DNA of 58,070 nt, taken from Gammaproteobacteria bacterium (GTDB lineage: Bacteria; Pseudomonadota; Gammaproteobacteria; Steroidobacterales; Steroidobacteraceae). Of this stretch, positions 41,267 to 49,400 are shown piece after piece. A program made the translations under genes and the position numbers. The stretch spans positions 1 to 58,070 of the forward strand of contig DAHUXE010000057.1 of the NCBI GenBank assembly GCA_027307325.1. The letters are read 5' to 3'. The notes beneath the pieces were generated by a model. That model saw only the letters and a program-made list of their open reading frames with translations, ran no database searches and had not been told where the DNA came from. Numbering within the stretch: position 1 is the first letter of the stretch; the number at the start of each line of letters is the position of its first letter.

Positions 41267-41605
41267 TCAATGCGCGCGGGCGGTACGCGGCCTGCGGGAA
41301 TCGCCGGACGGCACCTGGACGCCGTCCTCCGAGAAGAAGATATAACCCCGCGGAGCGCCGAGTAGCCGGTGCCACCAGCGCAGCAGGCCGATGCGGCTGA
41401 TCGTGAGACAGGGGGCGGCGCCGAGATTGCGGACGGCCTCGGCGCTCGCAGCCCAGTCGCAGCGGACCAGCTCCACGGCGCGAGTCTCGGCTTCGACGGG
41501 ATCGCGGGCGCGAAGCTGCACGAGCCGCAGGAAGCCGATGGCCACGTCGCCGGCGAGCGGCAGCGCGATGCCGCGCCCCTGAACTGTTACCTCGTATCTC
41601 GGCAC
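41267..41605 (-). CDS. Hypothetical protein
   Basis: 112-aa ORF with GTG start; no recognised family. Confidence 0.4.
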   Translation of the reverse strand: MPRYEVTVQGRGIALPLAGDVAIGFLRLVQLRARDPVEAETRAVELVRCDWAASAEAVRNLGAAPCLTISRIGLLRWWHRLLGAPRGYIFFSEDGVQVPSGDSRRPRTARAH

Positions 41606-41654
41606 GTTTCAGTTGCCTGGAGCGCAGCGCCGGCGACCTGCGCCGCGGCGCGCC

Positions 41655-42005
41655 TCACCACCGGCTGTTGGTGAGCCGCATGAGCTTCCAGCGCAATTCG
41701 CGGGGCGGCGCCTGCAGGTCCACCGCGACCACCCGCCCAAAGTTATCGAGCTGCATGGACGCGTAGCGCGCATCGCCGAACGCGATCACCTGGCCGGGCT
41801 TCTGCCCTACGACATTGCGCTCCACGGCGTTCAGCACCCGCTGCGCCTCCAGGGCGACCAGGCCCGCGTCGGTCTCCGGGTCGTAACTGACGGCCTTCAC
41901 CGTGCTGCCTTCCAGCTCGCGGGCGAGATCGGCACGGCCCGTCGCGCGCAGCTCCCACGCCAGATCGAAAGCGAGCTCGGGAAAGGCGCCGGCGAAGGAC
42001 CACAT
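41655..42005 (-). CDS. Hypothetical protein
   Basis: Start at MWSFAGAFPELAFDL, preceded by a GGGAGGGAAC Shine-Dalgarno sequence; 116 aa. Confidence 0.5.
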   Translation of the reverse strand: MWSFAGAFPELAFDLAWELRATGRADLARELEGSTVKAVSYDPETDAGLVALEAQRVLNAVERNVVGQKPGQVIAFGDARYASMQLDNFGRVVAVDLQAPPRELRWKLMRLTNSRW

Positions 42006-42026
42006 GGTGAGTTCCCTCCCTGAAAC

Positions 42027-42189
42027 CTGCAACGTAGGACAAGGGTCGAATCTTCCCGCTTCCTGTCCGCCCGAAGGGCACGGGGCAATGATGAGCGGTG
42101 CCCGCGGTGCCACGCAACCCGCTCGCTGCACCGCGGCGCTGCGGGGCCGAAGGGACGCGTGCCCGACCTCACCGATAGTGGCGTTGCAG
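42027..42189 (-). repeat. Candidate divergent or decayed attC (R boxes CTGCAAC / GTTGCAG)
   Basis: 8-bp perfect inverted repeat CTGCAACG...CGTTGCAG; arms weakly resemble the array consensus; lies between two minus-strand ORFs. Confidence 0.3.
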
Positions 42190-42205
42190 ATCGACCGAGC
42201 GGCAG

Positions 42206-42484
42206 TCAGGTCTCGCCACCGGCGCGCCGGCGGTACGTGTCGGCGTCGGCACTGCGGCCGAGCAGCGTCGCGGCCTCGGCCGCCGCGCGCCAGAACGAAG
42301 GCTGGCAGCCGAACAATTCGGCCGCCGTCACCAGCTCAGTGAGGGCGCAGTGGAGCTCGGCCGCCGCGGATCCGGCGCCGACGCTCAGGGCCGGGCGCGC
42401 GCATGCGGCGAGCAGGGACGCCGCCCGCTGCAGATGCGAGGCGGCATCGCCGCACAGGATCTCGTCCCGGTGCACGGGGCTCAT
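42206..42484 (-). CDS. Hypothetical small helical protein
   Basis: Start at MSPVHRDEILCG; ATGA overlap with the upstream ORF's stop suggests translational coupling; 92 aa. Confidence 0.4.
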   Translation of the reverse strand: MSPVHRDEILCGDAASHLQRAASLLAACARPALSVGAGSAAAELHCALTELVTAAELFGCQPSFWRAAAEAATLLGRSADADTYRRRAGGET

Positions 42485-42888
42485 CGGATGCGGGCCCTGG
42501 TGGCGGAGCTCTTCGCAGACTCCTCGCCGTCCCCGAGAGCCGGCGCAATGGCGAGCAATGCACTCAGCCAGGCGAGCAGTGGCACGCTGCATACCACACT
42601 CGCCAGGATGATGACGATCGGGTCCGTAATATGGAGTGCCATCGAGTAGGAATATGGCTCGAGCGGTGCAACGTATGTCCAGAAAATGTACCGGGTCAGA
42701 CGGGCGAGGAATGCCTGCAGCCCGAAACAACCGAGAACGCCCGCCACCAGGAAGCCCGCCCGGAAGCGTAGCTGCTTCCAGCGCAGCGCCGTTGCGCACA
42801 GGGTGAAGGCGAAAGGCCACACGAGGCCGGCCACGGCCAGGATGTGCTCCGTCCTCACGTGTGAGAGCAGCGTTGCGTCTATTCCCAT
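42481..42888 (-). CDS. Hypothetical membrane protein
   Basis: Start at MGIDATLLSHV; 135 aa; 4 TM segments. Confidence 0.5.
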   Translation of the reverse strand: MGIDATLLSHVRTEHILAVAGLVWPFAFTLCATALRWKQLRFRAGFLVAGVLGCFGLQAFLARLTRYIFWTYVAPLEPYSYSMALHITDPIVIILASVVCSVPLLAWLSALLAIAPALGDGEESAKSSATRARIR

Positions 42889-43259
42889 CGATTGGCGTTC
42901 TTCGGAAAGCCGGGCCGCTGGATCCGTACGACGCAGAAGCGCTGGCCGGTAGGCGCCTGCATCACGACCCAACGCTCGAGGCGACTCACCACCGTGGCGC
43001 CCAGCTTCTCGAGGCGCGCCACCTCGGCAGGGATGTCATCGGTCTCGATGTCCAGGTGCACGCGACTGTCGTGGGTCACGCGCTGAATCTGCACGATCGG
43101 CTCGTCCGGTGGGGTCTCGAGCATGCGGTAGTTGCCGCGCGTCCCCGGGTGCGTGGGGTCCATTGCGCGACCCAGTGCCTTTGCCCAGAACCGGGCGGCG
43201 GCGTCCACGTCCGATGTATTGCAATCGATGAGCACTGCGCAAAGACGGGAGTGGTGCAT
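42879..43259 (-). CDS. VOC/glyoxalase-family protein
   Basis: Start at MHHSRLCAVLIDC; 126 aa; VOC-like (VHLDIETDDIPAEVARLEKLGA). Confidence 0.75.
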   Translation of the reverse strand: MHHSRLCAVLIDCNTSDVDAAARFWAKALGRAMDPTHPGTRGNYRMLETPPDEPIVQIQRVTHDSRVHLDIETDDIPAEVARLEKLGATVVSRLERWVVMQAPTGQRFCVVRIQRPGFPKNANRWE

Positions 43260-43504
43260 ATCCGTACCTTCGTGGTGTCCCGGAAATCGGCGCCATGCCG
43301 CGCTGCTCGCCCGTGCGCCGTCCGGATCGCCGCGGGCGGTGGAGAGTACCACCGTAACGAGTGCTTCGAGCCCGCGATGACCGGCGCCCCGCCCGGGAGC
43401 GCCGCTGCGCGGGGGTGCGTGATCCGTAGATTCCCCGACTACCCGGCAGATGTCGGCCTGTGGAGGATAGGACCCAACTGGATCAGCGGTGACGGCTTGC
43501 CAGA

Positions 43505-43723
43505 ATGACCCGGCGGATACCGGCGCGACCCGCACATCCCGAGCGAATCTGCTGGGGCTGCGAGCTCTATTGCGCGGCCGACGACCTGCGCTGCGGCAAC
43601 GGTAAAGAGCGCACTCAGCATCCCATCGAGACCTTCGGGCGGGACTGGATGGAATTCGTTCTCCCCGGAGACGAATACCCGCTAGTCCCCGGGACTCGGG
43701 AGCGGAAAAGCGGCCTGCCGTGA
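43505..43723 (+). CDS. DUF3079-family small Cys-rich protein
   Basis: 72 aa; PAHPERICWGCELYCAADDLRCGNGKERTQHP matches my recollection of DUF3079; the only plus-strand gene in 38-58 kb. Confidence 0.6.
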   Translation: MTRRIPARPAHPERICWGCELYCAADDLRCGNGKERTQHPIETFGRDWMEFVLPGDEYPLVPGTRERKSGLP

Positions 43724-44143
43724 ATCGAGGTAAGACCTCAGTGTGTCCGCATAGGCGTCGCGCGTCGCCTGGTCGGGCTGCGGCGCAAGGCTCGGATACA
43801 CGCGCAGCAGGCCGTCGCCAGGCCTCCGGGGGTGCACGTGGATATGGAGATGCGGCACCTCCTGGCCGGCCCCCGCGCCTATCGAGTGCCACACGCTCAG
43901 CCCCTGATTCGGAAAAGCTGCGCCGACCGCGCGCGTAATGTGCGCGACCGCTGCCATGAGAGCGGCGCCGGTCGCGTGGTCGAGCTCGCGCACGTCGAGG
44001 AGATGCCGCCGGGGAACGACGAGCGTGTGGCCGGCGTGAAACTGGCGCTGGTCCATGAATGCCATGGTGAGGTCGTCTTCCCACACGATGCTGGCGCGCT
44101 GCTCTGCGCGCACGATCCGGCAGAAGACGCATTCCTCGCTCAT
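43682..44143 (-). CDS. HIT-family hydrolase
   Basis: 153 aa; CVFCRI N-terminus and histidine triad HLHIHVH. Confidence 0.85.
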   Translation of the reverse strand: MSEECVFCRIVRAEQRASIVWEDDLTMAFMDQRQFHAGHTLVVPRRHLLDVRELDHATGAALMAAVAHITRAVGAAFPNQGLSVWHSIGAGAGQEVPHLHIHVHPRRPGDGLLRVYPSLAPQPDQATRDAYADTLRSYLDSRQAAFPLPSPGD

Positions 44144-44529
44144 GGGCTGCTCCGCAACCGTGTCTTGATGTCGAGATAGGCCGCGGTGATGAGCGCCTGC
44201 AACGCGGAGGCGTCCACGGTTGTGCCGGGCCGCAGCTTCACGTGGCGCATGTACTTACCATCCCCCTCGAGCAATCCCGCCGGGTCCGGCAGCGTTGCGC
44301 CATGGAAGAACCCGACGTTGACGTGAGCCGTGAAGGCATTGGCGTACGCGAACGCCGCGTCACCCACGCACGCAGTGGGATGGCCGTCATGCAGCAGCTC
44401 CCGCACGTCGGCGCCGCAATCGCGCATTCGAAGGAACCACTCGCGGGCGATCGCAGCGAGCTCGGGCCGCCGGCTCGCGAGCCACGCATCGACCGCGGGA
44501 TCCCGCGCAATGGCGCCCGGGAATCGCAT
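44140..44529 (-). CDS. DUF1801-like protein
   Basis: Start at MRFPGAIARDPAVDAWL; 129 aa. Confidence 0.6.
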   Translation of the reverse strand: MRFPGAIARDPAVDAWLASRRPELAAIAREWFLRMRDCGADVRELLHDGHPTACVGDAAFAYANAFTAHVNVGFFHGATLPDPAGLLEGDGKYMRHVKLRPGTTVDASALQALITAAYLDIKTRLRSSP

Positions 44530-44590
44530 CAGCCTGCTCACGACGACGGCCCCCGGACCATGCGCGGTACGCTCGAGCGCAGGCCGGGCA

Positions 44591-44890
44591 TCACAGCCAC
44601 CGTGAGCTCGCGAATACCAACGCCTGGACGACGAGAGCGGCAGCCGCGCATGCAAGTGCGAGCAGGTTCACCAGCACCCTGGGCTGCCGCACCAGCGCAG
44701 CGGCCGCGAGGCCCGCGGCCACGATCGGGGCCAGGAAGGAGATCACGAGCGCACCGAGCAAAATGCGCCCCGCGCCCGGAATGTACCGGACGTCGAGGGA
44801 CGAGAAGCGGAGCAGAAGAAACAGCAGCCAGACCGCCGCCCAGACCGCGAGGCAGGATAGTGCCGCCGACCGTAACGGTGTCCTGGCCAT
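44591..44890 (-). CDS. Hypothetical small membrane protein
   Basis: 99 aa; 3 TM segments. Confidence 0.5.
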   Translation of the reverse strand: MARTPLRSAALSCLAVWAAVWLLFLLLRFSSLDVRYIPGAGRILLGALVISFLAPIVAAGLAAAALVRQPRVLVNLLALACAAAALVVQALVFASSRWL

Positions 44891-44994
44891 TACGCCACCG
44901 CGACCTCGTGGGAGCCGCGTCTATTCTTCACGCAAAGGCAGATGTGCACGATCGGACTCCAGGACGCGCATCGAGCGCCATACCATTCTCAGGC
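44891..44994 (-). repeat. Candidate decayed attC
   Basis: The right end gcgcatcgagcgccataccattCTCAGGC aligns to the consensus gcgcatcacggccccctccaacgattGTTAGGC; the left end is weak; the next ORF's stop lies in the core-like heptamer. Confidence 0.3.
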
Positions 44995-45720
44995 GGCACC
45001 GAGGACATAGAGCGTCCACGGCGGGATCCGGGTCTCGCTCACCCATTGAACCGGCTCCGCGCCGGTCGCCAGTGGCCTGACGGCGTCGACGACGCGCAGC
45101 CCGGCGGCCTCGAAGAGCTCCCGGTAGCGCGTATCGCTGCACAGGACATCGATCACCGGACGACGGTCCGGCACGTCCAGCATGACGATCCGAACCGCGT
45201 CACCGTCGCGGGCAGCGCGGTTGTCAGGGTAATCACGGGTGCTGAAGGACGCCCACTCGTGGCAGTAGATGGCGGGTGAGGACACTACGGCGAGGAGGCG
45301 ACCGCCTGGAGTGACGAGGAGACGCCGAAGCTCCCGCAGCGCGGAGGTCTTTTCCCGGTCGGTCGGGATGTTGTCGAAAGTAAACGCTGCAAGGACCAGA
45401 TCGAGCGTGCCGGTGCCGAATGGAGCGAGGGTACCGTCGGCAACCAGGCGATAGTCCCCCTGCGGGTCGCGGCCACGGGCCTGCTCGAGCATGAGCTCCG
45501 AGACGTCCACGCCGACCGCTTCGAAGGCCAGGTCCCGCAGGAACCTGGTCGAGCGCCCCGTGCCGCAGCCAAAGTCCAGGGCTCGCGTGCCGCGCACGTG
45601 CTTGCGCAGGAGCGCGGGAATATCGCGAAACGCCAGGTAATACGTGCCCGGGAATTCGAGCTCCGCGTAGGCCCGCGCGCGATCGGCATCGTCGTAGACG
45701 TTGCTGAAGGTCTCTGTCAT
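44989..45720 (-). CDS. Class I SAM-dependent methyltransferase
   Basis: Start at MTETFSNVYDD; motif I LDFGCGTGRST. Confidence 0.8.
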   Translation of the reverse strand: MTETFSNVYDDADRARAYAELEFPGTYYLAFRDIPALLRKHVRGTRALDFGCGTGRSTRFLRDLAFEAVGVDVSELMLEQARGRDPQGDYRLVADGTLAPFGTGTLDLVLAAFTFDNIPTDREKTSALRELRRLLVTPGGRLLAVVSSPAIYCHEWASFSTRDYPDNRAARDGDAVRIVMLDVPDRRPVIDVLCSDTRYRELFEAAGLRVVDAVRPLATGAEPVQWVSETRIPPWTLYVLGAA

Positions 45721-45744
45721 CCGCAGTGCCCCCGCCAACACTTC

Positions 45745-46215
45745 TCAGACCGCCTGCTCGAGCGGCGTCCACCGTTGTTCGCGTCTCCCGAGGCGCTCGC
45801 CCAGGCCTTCGGCATCGTAATCCGCCAGTACCGCCGCGGGGAGCTCCGTCGGGCGCGGCGTCATCGCCCGCGTATTGATGATGCCAAAGGCGCCGCGAGG
45901 AATCTCAATTTGCGCGCCGATGTAGACACCGCAAGCGCTGCATACCAGGAAGTCCGCAGTCTTCAGGCCGAAACGATATCGCCGCAGTGACTCCCCACGC
46001 TCGACGCGAAACGTCAGCCGCCCACCCGGATCGGAGGTGGTGACCGCGCCGTGGGCGCGACAGAACCGACACTGACAGGCGCGGACACTCCACTGCGCTA
46101 CCGGCAGCTTCGTGTGAAAGGCAAAGCCCAGTGCGCCGCAGTGACAGCTGCCGGCAAAGGTATGCGGGGCTGCTAGATGATCCACCGTGGCACCTTGGCT
46201 CGGTATGCTTCCCAT
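45745..46215 (-). CDS. GFA (glutathione-dependent formaldehyde-activating/CENP-V) family protein
   Basis: Cys clusters CHCG, CQCRFC, CSACG; start uncertain because it overlaps the upstream gene's end. Confidence 0.65.
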   Translation of the reverse strand: MGSIPSQGATVDHLAAPHTFAGSCHCGALGFAFHTKLPVAQWSVRACQCRFCRAHGAVTTSDPGGRLTFRVERGESLRRYRFGLKTADFLVCSACGVYIGAQIEIPRGAFGIINTRAMTPRPTELPAAVLADYDAEGLGERLGRREQRWTPLEQAV

Positions 46216-46622
46216 TCCGCTCCGAACTTGCCGGCCGCCCAGGGCTCTTCTGCCACCAGAACCCTTAGGTGAACCGCAGCCATCACCACCAGCGTATAGA
46301 TGAGCAGGGCGCGCGAGCCCCAAAGCACACTCCAGCCGATCAGAATCGTAACCACGGCCACGTACATCGGGTTGCGAGAGAGCCGATAGGGTCCGGTGGT
46401 CACCAGTTGTCTGGGCGGAGCCCACGGCGCCAGCGTCCCGCGCCCCGCCACGTAGAATTCGCGCACGCACCACAGCAGCAGCAGCGTTCCCAGGCAAACG
46501 ATCGCGATGCCGCTGGCCCCATGTTGCACGGGGCGACCCGCTGAAGTCCCGATCGCGATCGGCGCTGCGAAAGCGACCACGCCTGGCAGTGCGACAAACG
46601 CGGCGATGGCACGGATCAGCAT
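46173..46622 (-). CDS. Isoprenylcysteine carboxyl / phospholipid methyltransferase-family membrane protein
   Basis: Start at MLIRAIAAFVAL; LVTTGPYRLSRNPMYVAV motif. Confidence 0.7.
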   Translation of the reverse strand: MLIRAIAAFVALPGVVAFAAPIAIGTSAGRPVQHGASGIAIVCLGTLLLLWCVREFYVAGRGTLAPWAPPRQLVTTGPYRLSRNPMYVAVVTILIGWSVLWGSRALLIYTLVVMAAVHLRVLVAEEPWAAGKFGAEWEAYRAKVPRWII

Positions 46623-46645
46623 TCGAATTTCAGGACGACCGAGCG

Positions 46646-46924
46646 CTACCTCGCGGGCATGACGTGTCCCGCCGCTTCGGGCTCCAGGCGTACCCACTTA
46701 CCCTTGCGTCGGGCCATCAGGTAGCCCGTGACGGTCGGCTGCGCACCGAGTCTGGTCAGTTGCGAGTTGGCTCCCGTCACGACGAAGCCCGCCTCTGCCG
46801 TCAGCGGAATCCACGCATCGGCGGCGACACCTTCGGGCCGTGCGCCATCGGGATGTGCAGACGCGAGAGACAACGCGAGCGCCAGCACTAAGCCAGCCAC
46901 GGCAAAACCTGCTGTCCGCTTCAT
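46646..46924 (-). CDS. Hypothetical secreted protein
   Basis: Start at MKRTAGFAVAGLVLALALSLASA (signal peptide); 92 aa. Confidence 0.45.
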   Translation of the reverse strand: MKRTAGFAVAGLVLALALSLASAHPDGARPEGVAADAWIPLTAEAGFVVTGANSQLTRLGAQPTVTGYLMARRKGKWVRLEPEAAGHVMPAR

Positions 46925-46994
46925 GTGCGAAGCTCCATGGGGGTGATCAGCACAACGACCTTGTCTCGCGTGAGAGAGCACGGGGCCACCGCTA

Positions 46995-47255
46995 CTACAC
47001 CTGATCATCCGGGGGTTCTTTCGTGGCCAGGTACGTCAGCTCAGCGTCCGACACCTGCGCTTCTGAGAGCAACCGTCGCGCTCGGTGCAGCAGCTCCGAC
47101 GGCACGACAACCGAAAAGAACAAGCCCAGGCCGGGCAGATGCTCGTCAGAGACGATCCGAGCCGGCACATCACCCTGCGCGAGAAGGCCGAGTACGGCCT
47201 CCGCCGAAATGCGGTCGGGGTGCGTGACAACTTCGCTCCAATCGTCAACCGGCAC
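46995..47255 (-). CDS. DUF2007-like (putative signal-transducing) small protein
   Basis: 86 aa; resemblance is from memory only. Confidence 0.5.
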   Translation of the reverse strand: MPVDDWSEVVTHPDRISAEAVLGLLAQGDVPARIVSDEHLPGLGLFFSVVVPSELLHRARRLLSEAQVSDAELTYLATKEPPDDQV

Positions 47256-47290
47256 TGAACTGCTCCCCTGCTCTCTGACGACGAGGTCGG

Positions 47291-47671
47291 CTAGCGCGGT
47301 GCGTCTTTGAGCTCAACCGCATAGTAGTGCGCCTCGGTCTTGCCAACGTTCTCCCCCGAATGGGTAACGGCATCGCGCCATAGCACATCCCCGGCGTGCG
47401 ACGGGTACGCAACGACGGCGCCGCTCGGCAGAGTTGTCCTTACGATCGCGTCAGCGAGCGCGAAAACGACCCCCGGCGGGTGCGAATGCATGGGCTCTTT
47501 CCCACCTGGCTTCAGGCGGTACTCCAGCACTCTGACACGATCATTTTCGAAGCGCACCGAGTAAAGCTGCGGAGACAGGGCGACCGGATCAAGCGTCGGT
47601 GCCGACTCGGCAACTGCAGCCACTATCGCGGCGCAAGCAGCGCCGAGCGTGAAGTCTCTCAAGCGAACCAT
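47291..47671 (-). CDS. Secreted cupin-domain protein
   Basis: Start at MVRLRDFTLGAACAAIVA; cupin motif PMHSHPPGVVF...H. Confidence 0.7.
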   Translation of the reverse strand: MVRLRDFTLGAACAAIVAAVAESAPTLDPVALSPQLYSVRFENDRVRVLEYRLKPGGKEPMHSHPPGVVFALADAIVRTTLPSGAVVAYPSHAGDVLWRDAVTHSGENVGKTEAHYYAVELKDAPR

Positions 47672-47716
47672 GAAATGTGCCCTCCCGCAAAGATGCACGA
47701 GCTACATCGAGCAGAC

Positions 47717-47822
47717 GCCTGACGGTGGAGCCGTCTCATTGATCCGACGGCGTACGCACCGTCCCCCGGTATGGCCCTGCTGCCCAATCACGCATCACGG
47801 CCCTCTCCAGCGATCATCAGGC
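47717..47822 (-). repeat. Decayed attC of the array family (cores mutated: GCCTGAC ... ATCAGGC)
   Basis: Left arm gcctgacggtggag matches gcctaacggtgaag at 12 of 14 positions; right arm cgcatcacggccctctccagcgatcatcaggc matches the consensus at about 28 of 32; the DUF1272 gene's stop lies in the core. Confidence 0.7.
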
Positions 47823-48065
47823 AGCATCCGCACAGCCTGCGGGCTTCACGACGCGTTCAGTCGACGCGGGATATCGCGAGAGCTTGTCGGCAGGACGGCG
47901 CGGCCGAGCCATGAGCTCCCCGCCACAGTTCGGGCATACACCCTTCAGGACCTGTTCCGCACAGGACCGGCAAAAGGTGCACTCAAGAGAGCAAATGAAC
48001 GCGTCCGAAGACTGCGGCGGAAGGTCTCGATCGCAACATTCGCAGTTTGGTCTAAGTTGAAGCAT
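47817..48065 (-). CDS. DUF1272-family zinc-ribbon protein
   Basis: Start at MLQLRPNCECCDRDLPP; multiple CxxC pairs. Confidence 0.75.
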   Translation of the reverse strand: MLQLRPNCECCDRDLPPQSSDAFICSLECTFCRSCAEQVLKGVCPNCGGELMARPRRPADKLSRYPASTERVVKPAGCADAA

Positions 48066-48121
48066 TGCGTTTACTCCAGATGCAGGTGGCACCACGGCCA
48101 ATTTCCCAATGGCCTGTAGAG

Positions 48122-48937
48122 CTAATGGATGCGCTGCGCAAGCTGCGTAAAGTGCGCCGAGAGCTCCGCGATGTTCGATGGAATGGCATGCTTATGAGGC
48201 GTGTACCCGGGCAGCATCGTGCGCGCACGCATGCCAAGACGGCTGGTCGCAATCAGTGCCCTCTGCCTCACGGTGATGCGGCAACGCACGCCGTGTCGGG
48301 CCACGTCGGCCGACGACATGAGCCCCGCGCAATCGGCGATGAACCGGAACATGTGATGTTGGGAAACCCAGCACATGCGTGCCCGATAGAGATAGTCACC
48401 ATACAGGTGCTCATAGACATCGAAAGCGACGTTGCGATGCTCGACCTCCTCAAGCATGTGCCACTTGAACAGATCACCAACCGCGCGCACGGTATGGCGA
48501 TGGTCATACAGGCCGCTCGCGAGGGTGCGCAGCGCGAACTGGGTAGTGAAGGACTCAAAGCCCTCGATATAGCCGATCCGGAACCGATCGCTCCTGTTGC
48601 CCAGGAACCCCTCGAAGTCCCGCCTTAGCATCTCGACGCGCTGTTCCAGCCCAGGATAGCCGTGCCTGAAGACGGCCTTGTTGAAATCCATATGGCGCCT
48701 GTAGTGCTGGGCCTCCTGACGTGAGAAGCGATCGGCGTCCTCACGGAGCGCCTCATCGCGGATCTGGTCCATCACTCGGCGTAATGACTTGACGAAGAAC
48801 GGCTCCAAGTACGCTACGTACAACCCGGTCGCCAGCAGGGTGTAGGACAGTACCGAGCTTCCTGCGACGCACAGTGGGTGAAATTCGTCCGCACTGGGCA
48901 CGGCGAACTTCATCTCTCGCACGGTGATCGGGTGCAT
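48122..48937 (-). CDS. Predicted metal-dependent hydrolase (DUF2236/PF10118-like)
   Basis: Start taken at the second Met (MHPITVREMKF); EAQHYRRH and EEVEHRNVAFDVYEH motifs; the longer ORF to 49021 would run into a degenerate attC. Confidence 0.65.
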   Translation of the reverse strand: MHPITVREMKFAVPSADEFHPLCVAGSSVLSYTLLATGLYVAYLEPFFVKSLRRVMDQIRDEALREDADRFSRQEAQHYRRHMDFNKAVFRHGYPGLEQRVEMLRRDFEGFLGNRSDRFRIGYIEGFESFTTQFALRTLASGLYDHRHTVRAVGDLFKWHMLEEVEHRNVAFDVYEHLYGDYLYRARMCWVSQHHMFRFIADCAGLMSSADVARHGVRCRITVRQRALIATSRLGMRARTMLPGYTPHKHAIPSNIAELSAHFTQLAQRIH

Positions 48938-49007
48938 GGCGCTCCCGGGATTTCCCGACGCGGCACTACACAGGGGAGTAAGAGTAGTGGCAGCGAAGTC
49001 TGCGCGT

Positions 49008-49120
49008 GCGGTAGCGGTCATGCAAGCGGGCCCCTTGAGCCGAGTCAGATCCCGCTCACACGCTGGGGACCCGAGGCGCCCGCCCGCAGAGGCGTCACGC
49101 GCCCAAAACGATTGTTGGCG
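49008..49120 (-). repeat. Degenerate attC (terminal or decayed)
   Basis: The right half cccgaggcgcccgcccgcagaggcgtcacgcgcccaaaacgattGTTGGCG aligns well with attCs 55056-55177 and 57362-57555; the left half (ggtagcggtcatgcaagcgggcccc) matches only weakly. Confidence 0.45.
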
Positions 49121-49132
49121 CGCATGGGTTCC

Positions 49133-49250
49133 GCCTAACGGTGACGGGCCGGCCGACCACGTGTCATAGGGCCGTGGGCCCGCAATATCGACCGGATCTT
49201 ACTGCGCCCAACCACCGGCGCATCAGGTCCCCTCCAATTGACTGTCAGAG
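49133..49250 (-). repeat. attC site (118 bp)
   Basis: GCCTAAC-ggtga...ccaattgact-GTCAGAG; the centre matches the 'cccgcaatatcgac' subfamily. Confidence 0.85.
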
Positions 49251-49394
49251 CGTATTGCCCTTCCGACGTTGGCGCCAGCGGTAGATCGCATAACCAACAA
49301 TTGAAGCCGGCACGCCGTAGCTGGACCAAACCATCGTTGCCACGAGATCCCATCCCAGGGGTGCCTCGGCGCTGGGGTGAAGAAGTGGTGACAT
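49245..49394 (-). CDS. Possible 49-aa membrane peptide (cassette ORF below the ORF-track size cutoff)
   Basis: My translation: MSPLLHPSAEAPLGWDLVATMVWSSYGVPASIVGYAIYRWRQRRKGNTL; the TGA stop lies in the attC core. Confidence 0.25.
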   Translation of the reverse strand: MSPLLHPSAEAPLGWDLVATMVWSSYGVPASIVGYAIYRWRQRRKGNTL

Positions 49395-49400
49395 GAGTGC

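Noticed and set aside
48050-48121. Possible short attC between the hydrolase and DUF1272 genes (gtctaagttgaag ... caccacggccaatttcccaatggcctgtagagc)
   Set aside because: The arm-like left part is the conserved DUF1272 N-terminal coding sequence (MLQLRPNCE). The 56-bp spacer is too short for a full site. The right part may be a relic but cannot be supported.
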